DNA of 64,000 bases from an uncultured delta proteobacterium (GTDB lineage: Bacteria; Desulfobacterota; Syntrophia; Syntrophales; UBA5619), in contig CAWFOM010000010.1 of the NCBI GenBank assembly GCA_963817385.1, positions 315,344 to 379,343 on the forward strand. The letters are read 5' to 3'. A program made the translations under genes and the position numbers. This document shows, in pieces, positions 59,348-64,000 of the stretch (position 1 is its first letter; every line of letters starts with the position of its first letter). The notes beneath the pieces are model-generated. The model saw only the letters and a program-made list of their open reading frames with translations. It was not told the DNA's origin and did not search any database.

Positions 59348-60060
59348 ATGAAACCTCTGGGCATAATCTCGGGAACCGTCTTTCTGCAGGGACAGGGGAT
59401 CTTCGCAGACCTGCGGGAGGAGATGCGGGAAACGCCATTCGGCCGGGCGCTGGTCTTGCGCTCCGCCGAGGTTGTCTTCATCCCCCGTCACGGGAAGGAT
59501 CCGCACCACCACATCCTGCCACACCTCATCAACCACCAGGCCAATCTGCAGGCCCTGAAAGACCTGGGCGTGGTAGCAGGTCCTCGGCGTCAATTCGACC
59601 GGTTCCCTGAAGCGGCGGATTAAACCGGGGATGATCGTCATTCCCGACGACTACCTCATGCTTGCTGCCGGCCCCACGGTCGTCCGGGAGAAGCCCGTTC
59701 ATATCACCCCGGCATTGAATGCGGAGGTGCGGCGGAAATTGCTGGAGGCGGCACGGGATTGCGCCATCGAGGTGATCGATGGAGGAACCTACTGGCAGAC
59801 CGCCGGCCCGCGTTTCGAAACACGGGCGGAGATTGCGATGATGTCGCTCATTCGCCGACCTCGTGGGGATGACGATGGCCAGCGAAGCGATTGTCTCCCA
59901 GGAGCTCGATCTGCCCTACGCCTCGCTCTGTTCGGTGGACAATTACGCCCATGGCCTTGAAGACAAGGAACTGACCATGGAAAAGATCCTCTGGCACGCG
60001 CGGCAAAACGCCGAGACAATTCTCCGGATCCTGACCCGTTATCTAAACGCTCTGTCCTGA
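59348..60060 (+). pseudogene. MTAP-family purine nucleoside / 5'-methylthioadenosine phosphorylase, two 1-nt insertions (~59576, ~59850)
   Basis: FIPRHGKDPHHHILPHLINHQANLQALKDLGV then the next frame gives QVLGVNSTGSLKRRIKPGMIVIPDDY...ETRAEIAMMSL, and the next gives FADLVGMTMASEAIVSQELDLPYASLCSVDNYAHG. Confidence 0.8.
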
Positions 60061-60077
60061 CGTGCGGAGCATCTGAT

Positions 60078-60513
60078 TCAGAAGGCGCCGAGCTGGCAGG
60101 GTTTAATCTTGATTTTCAGCGTCTCGCAGGCGGAAGAAATCTTCATCCGCGGGATCTTCATCTCCGCGGCGATCTCCCAGGCGGCTGCGCAGGGGAGCCT
60201 GCCGCCGGCAAGACGGCTGCGAATGGCCCTTTCGATCTCCGGAGTCACCTGCGCTGCCGGCCGGACGCTCTTCCCTTCGGTCGTCATAACCGAAAAGACC
60301 GAGCTGGCAGCGGCTGATCCGGACCTCCAGCAGATCGAGCGTCCGTCCCACCTCCGCCAAGGCTGCGCCGAGTCTGGCTCCAATCCGCTCCGCGTCGGCG
60401 CAGGCGAGTTTCCCGTTGGCAACCTTCTCACGCACCGCGGCGGCTATTTTCTCATCCGGCTTCCCGCCCGGCGCATGCTTGGCCGAATAGCGTCCTTTAT
60501 CAGCGTGTGTCAT
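60078..60513 (-). pseudogene. tandem-duplicated CQLGxF-motif protein of unknown function, split by a 1-nt insertion near 60279
   Basis: Half 1 is ...VANGKLACADAERIGARL...LEVRISRCQLGLFG. Half 2, in the next frame, is ...LAGGRLPCAAAWEIAAEM...LKIKIKPCQLGAF. Confidence 0.5.
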
Positions 60514-60576
60514 AGTCTCATCCTCACGTTTTCTTGCTCCCCTTGTAATAAATCGGGCAATTACGGAAATCCATCA

Positions 60577-61030
60577 CTATTTCTTATAGTGAAACGGCTC
60601 GACGGCGGACAGCGCCTCGGCATCCAGCGTCTGAAAGCCATTTTTTTCCAGGAGCTTTTCGGCCGTCTCGATCCGATCGACGCTGACCACGAAGACCGCC
60701 TTCCGGCTCCCCTCCAGGACGAAGCCGTAGGCGTTATTGATGTTGATCCCTTCCGCAAAGAGGAGCTGCGTCAGTTTGTCGAGGCCGCCCGGCTGATCGG
60801 GGATGACGACGGCCAGGACACGGCTCAGGGTGACCGTCATACCGGCCTTCGTGAGCGCCGCCTCGGCCCGGGGGGGATCGTCGACGATCAGGTTGATAAC
60901 ACCGAAGGTATCGGACGTGGCGATCGTCGTCGCCCGGATGTTGATCTTCTCCTTCGCCAGGAGCCTGTGTCACCGCCGCCAGCCTCCCCGGCTTGTTTTC
61001 CGCGAATATCGAAAGCTGATAGGTAATCAT
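60577..61030 (-). pseudogene. tandem ACT-domain protein, split by a 1-nt insertion near 60964
   Basis: MITYQLSIFAENKPGRLAAVTQ then the next frame gives LLAKEKINIRATTIATSDTFGVINLIVDD...VLAVVIPDQPGGLDKLTQLLFAEGININNAYGF. Confidence 0.75.
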
Positions 61031-61042
61031 CTCCTCCCCCCT

Positions 61043-62341
61043 CTAATCCTTCCGGTTGTCGATCACCCGCACCGCCTTGCCCTCGCTCTTCGGGAGACTG
61101 TCCGGCTCCACCAGATCCACCTTCGGGGTGATCAGGATGTCGCTCCTGAGCTCCTCCACAATCCGCTGCCGCAGGGCTTCAAGCTGCTGCAAGTTCCCGC
61201 CGAAGAACTCCCGCTGGATCTCCACCTTGACGGTCATCTGATCGTTGTAGCCCTCCCGGTCGAGGACGATCAGGAAGTTTGTCCCCACGCCGGGGATCTC
61301 CATGAGCCTCTTTTCGATCTGGATCGGGAAGATGTTCACCCCCTTCAGGATCATCATGTCGTCGGTCCGCCCCTTGATCCGCTCGATCCGCCGGTGGGTC
61401 CGGCCGCAGGGGCAGGGGCCGGGGATGATCCGGGTCAGATCCTTCGTCCGGTAGCGGAGGATCGGCATCCCCTCCCTCAGGAGGGTCGTCATCACCAGTT
61501 CCCCCTCCTCCCCCTCGGGAAGCGGTTTGAGCGTCACGGGATCGATGATCTCGGCGATGTAGTTGTCCTCCCAGAGGTGCATCCCGTGCTGTTCCGGACA
61601 CTCGAAGGCCACGCCGGGGCCGTTCATCTCGGAGAGGCCATAGGAGTTGAATCCCCTGAATCCGTAGAACTCCTCGATTATCTGGCGCATCTTCTCCGAA
61701 TGCGGTTCGGCGCCGAGGAAGGCGATCTTCAGCTTTGTATCCCGGCGGGGATCGACGCCGGCTTCCGTAAAGACGGTCGAGAGGTGGAGGGCATAACTGG
61801 GAATGATATGGATGACGGTCGTCTCGAAATCCCGCATCAGTTGGATCTGACGCTTGCTGTTCCCCGCCCCGGCGGGGATCACCAGCGCCCCGATCTTCTC
61901 CGCGCCGTAGTGGAATCCGAGGCCCCCCGTGAAGAGGCCGTAGGTCATCATGTTCTGGAACACATCTGAGCGTCTCATCCCGGTCATGTACATGGAGCGG
62001 GCGAGGAGATTCGTCCAGGCCGCGATGTCGTTTGCCGTGTGAAAGATCACCGTGGCCCTGCCCGTCGTCCCGGAAGAGGAGTGCATCCGGATGATCTCAT
62101 CGCGGGAGCAGGTAAGAAACCCATAGGGCCATTGCTCGCGGAGGTCCTCTTTCGTGGTGAGCGGAAGGATCTCGAGATCCGCGACCGTCCGGATGCGGCC
62201 CGTATCCAGCCCCCTCTCGGCAAAAAGCTTCCCATAATAGATGGATTTTTTCGCCCGCTCCAGTGTTTCGCCGAGTCGGGCAGCCTGCAGCTTCTCAAGG
62301 CAGCCCCGGTCCATCGTTTCGATCTCTTTTTCCCAGTACAT
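61043..62341 (-). CDS. paaK: phenylacetate--CoA ligase
   Basis: 432 aa. HSSSGTTGRATV, SYGLSEMNGPGVAFEC, YRTKDLT, KGVNIFP. Confidence 0.9.
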   Translation of the reverse strand: MYWEKEIETMDRGCLEKLQAARLGETLERAKKSIYYGKLFAERGLDTGRIRTVADLEILPLTTKEDLREQWPYGFLTCSRDEIIRMHSSSGTTGRATVIFHTANDIAAWTNLLARSMYMTGMRRSDVFQNMMTYGLFTGGLGFHYGAEKIGALVIPAGAGNSKRQIQLMRDFETTVIHIIPSYALHLSTVFTEAGVDPRRDTKLKIAFLGAEPHSEKMRQIIEEFYGFRGFNSYGLSEMNGPGVAFECPEQHGMHLWEDNYIAEIIDPVTLKPLPEGEEGELVMTTLLREGMPILRYRTKDLTRIIPGPCPCGRTHRRIERIKGRTDDMMILKGVNIFPIQIEKRLMEIPGVGTNFLIVLDREGYNDQMTVKVEIQREFFGGNLQQLEALRQRIVEELRSDILITPKVDLVEPDSLPKSEGKAVRVIDNRKD

Positions 62342-62410
62342 GCCGCGCCTCCGCCTGTTATTGGATAGGCGATTTTCTACAACCGATCTGCGATAGTATC
62401 AAGTTAAACA

Positions 62411-63103
62411 TCATTTTACGACAAAAGGATTGAAATTTGTTTCGTAATCATAGAAATCTTCGCGTTCGGCCTTTTTCAGGTAATTGACGGCCAGGTAGGT
62501 AAGAGGCGTCAATGCCGCTTCATAGAGGGACTTGATGAGCCACTGAGTCACAGCCATCTGTGCTAAAACCGTTACCGGAATGATCCCATAAAAAGCTATG
62601 GTGATAAAGATTGACGAATCGGCCATCTGCCCCAGCAGGGTCGACGAAATGGTGCGGACCCAAAGATGACGTCCCCGCATGGCAATCTTGATTTTCGCCA
62701 GCACAAAAGCATTCAGAAACTCTCCCGTCAGATAGGCGATGAAGGACGCGATCAGCAGTCGAGGGGTGAACCCGAAAATCGCCGCATAGGCCTCCTGGGA
62801 CCGTTCGGGCGACGGGAAATTGGCAATCTGCCAGAAAGGGGCGGGAGGCAGCATCATGCTCAGGTAAATGGCCGCCACCGCCAGGGCGTTGCAGGCAAAA
62901 CCAATCCAGATAACCTGCCGCGCCCGCCGGTATCCGTAGACCTCGGTGAGAATATCTCCCAAAATATAGGACACCGGGAATATGATGATTGCAGCGGGAA
63001 GAAAGAACGGACCAAGGGCCACAGGCTTGATCGCAATGATATTCGATACGACAAGGCAGGTCACAAAGACACCCGTCAGGGCGGGGAATAGCCGGTAATG
63101 CAT
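62411..63103 (-). CDS. yhhQ: queuosine-precursor transporter (YhhQ/DUF165, VUT family)
   Basis: 230 aa. IIFPVSYILGDILTEVYGYRRARQVIW, SSTLLGQMADSSIF. Confidence 0.85.
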   Translation of the reverse strand: MHYRLFPALTGVFVTCLVVSNIIAIKPVALGPFFLPAAIIIFPVSYILGDILTEVYGYRRARQVIWIGFACNALAVAAIYLSMMLPPAPFWQIANFPSPERSQEAYAAIFGFTPRLLIASFIAYLTGEFLNAFVLAKIKIAMRGRHLWVRTISSTLLGQMADSSIFITIAFYGIIPVTVLAQMAVTQWLIKSLYEAALTPLTYLAVNYLKKAEREDFYDYETNFNPFVVK

Positions 63104-63129
63104 GGGAAGGATCCTTTTCTCGATTGTCC

Positions 63130-63540
63130 CTATCGTGTATATTCCGCATCCACGGAAATGCCAATGCCGCCCCTGACGGCAAAATCAGCCGTAATCTTGC
63201 ACCAGCGCGGAGCAAGCGCGCCGACGACGTCGTCTAAAATGACATTGATGACATGCTCGTGGAATGTTCCTTCATTGCGGAACGAGTGGAGATAGAGTTT
63301 GAGGGATTTCGATTCCAGGATAAGCATGTCGGGAACATACTGGATTTTCAGTTTTGCAAAGTCCGGCTGCCCCGTCAGCGGACAGACACAGGTGAATTCC
63401 TCGGTAAACAGGGTAATCGTATAATCCCGCTCGGGATGATGATTGGGAAATGCCTCCAATGTTCGACCCGGGTTGATCTTGTCTTTTCCAAGGACCGTCA
63501 GGTTCTTAAGGTCCGATTTTGCCGTCAATCGTTTTCTCAT
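63130..63540 (-). CDS. queF: NADPH-dependent 7-cyano-7-deazaguanine reductase (type I QueF)
   Basis: EFTCVCPLTGQPDF, ESKSLKLYLHSFRN, FHEH. ATG 63540 is preferred over TTG 63546. Confidence 0.9.
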   Translation of the reverse strand: MRKRLTAKSDLKNLTVLGKDKINPGRTLEAFPNHHPERDYTITLFTEEFTCVCPLTGQPDFAKLKIQYVPDMLILESKSLKLYLHSFRNEGTFHEHVINVILDDVVGALAPRWCKITADFAVRGGIGISVDAEYTR

Positions 63541-63936
63541 ACGCAATTATCCTTTGCTGACGTTGCTCATCAGGAAAACTCTGTCTCCGAACAGTGCGAT
63601 GCGTTAGCCCTATCATATATGAGAGCATCGTTCAAATTATTTCGCGGAGGAATAACGATCAAGCTGCGAGCGACCCGGATGGTTGCAATATGCCGGTTTG
63701 CTGAACTGCCTGAGCAGGTATCCTCGATCTGGGCCTCCGCGCGGCGATATCTTCTTTCAGCTTGACGGAAAACTCCGGGAGGCCACGCCCAACCTTTCAG
63801 ATCAGACGGGAGTATTCGCAAAAAATGTTGCCAAATTGCCATCGGCACGTTAATAATCACTCCCGTATTGCGCAAGTGGAAATCGCACCGGTGAATACTC
63901 TTTTACCGAAGCGGACGGCATGTGGGGAGGCATCTC

Positions 63937-64000
63937 ATGACCGGCATAATCCTTTCCGGCGGCAGGAACAGGAGAATGGGAGAAAACAAGGCGTTTCTCC
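63937..64000 (+). CDS. mobA: molybdenum cofactor guanylyltransferase, N-terminal fragment (runs off window)
   Basis: Hand translation MTGIILSGGRNRRMGENKAFL matches the MobA GG.S.RMG..KA.L start. Confidence 0.55.
   Translation, partial: MTGIILSGGRNRRMGENKAFL

Noticed and set aside
14170-60964. Programmed ribosomal frameshifting or natural split genes as the explanation for the frame switches.
   Set aside because: There is no shared slippery heptamer or downstream structure at the sites, and there are 17 events in unrelated genes. Simple 1-nt insertion explains every one of them.
63556-63574. CUGAUGAG on the minus strand of the queF leader, reminiscent of the hammerhead ribozyme core.
   Set aside because: There is no matching GAAA box, three-stem junction or cleavage-site context. 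It is probably just a small CUGA...UCAG hairpin next to the RBS.
63541-63700. preQ1 riboswitch upstream of queF.
   Set aside because: CCGGGUCGC resembles the start of some class I examples, but there is no complementary 3' P1 strand and no A-rich ACUA tail. I cannot support the call without a covariance-model scan.

Overview
GC-rich, densely coding chromosomal segment. From gene content I infer a strict anaerobe, probably a deltaproteobacterium of the Desulfobacterota/Syntrophia type: iorAB, FprA-rubredoxin-rubrerythrin, a desulforedoxin-like protein, a CooS-like protein and an FrhB-like protein are all present. Gene order: ggt (partial), queA-tgt-yajC-secD-secF, lepB, a PyrR-attenuated pyrR-pyrB-pyrC operon, recO, glyQ-glyS, an orphan GAF-fused GspE/PilB-type ATPase, and mutS followed by a STAS-MlaE/MlaF/MlaD/lipoprotein operon on the minus strand. 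Next come a minus-strand frhB-like-iorA-iorB-fprA-rd-rbr operon, tRNA-Asn, a lysine-rich desulforedoxin-like miniprotein, and FabK/NMO-like, cupin and thiolase genes. A GntR-headed accessory cluster follows: TctCBA transporter, CooF-like, truncated CooS-like, FAD/NAD oxidoreductase, ferredoxin-domain protein, an unknown protein, an NAD-binding dehydrogenase and TauE. The rest is mtgA, cheW, a cell-envelope set (LysM-NlpC/P60, polysaccharide deacetylase, OmpA-like), rlmN, a lower-GC islet with orphan secreted proteins and an XRE/Cys-rich regulator, a second TauE, an APH-like/P-loop kinase, bamD, trxA, an MTAP-family phosphorylase, paaK-ACT plus a duplicated CQLGxF protein, yhhQ-queF, and the start of mobA. 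There is no rRNA, CRISPR array, integrase or transposase. Four points stand out. (1) At least 17 single-base insertions split 15 otherwise intact conserved genes, including glyS and mutS, and they are unevenly spread. (2) A ~125-bp palindromic MITE/REP-like repeat occurs twice. (3) The CooF / CooS-like / FNOR redox module, linked to a Tct transporter, has a CooS-like protein that keeps the B-cluster cysteine pattern but lacks the D-cluster cysteines. (4) The uncharacterised islet lies at 52-55 kb. All calls come from reading the sequence and the ORF track and from remembered family motifs. No database search was run.
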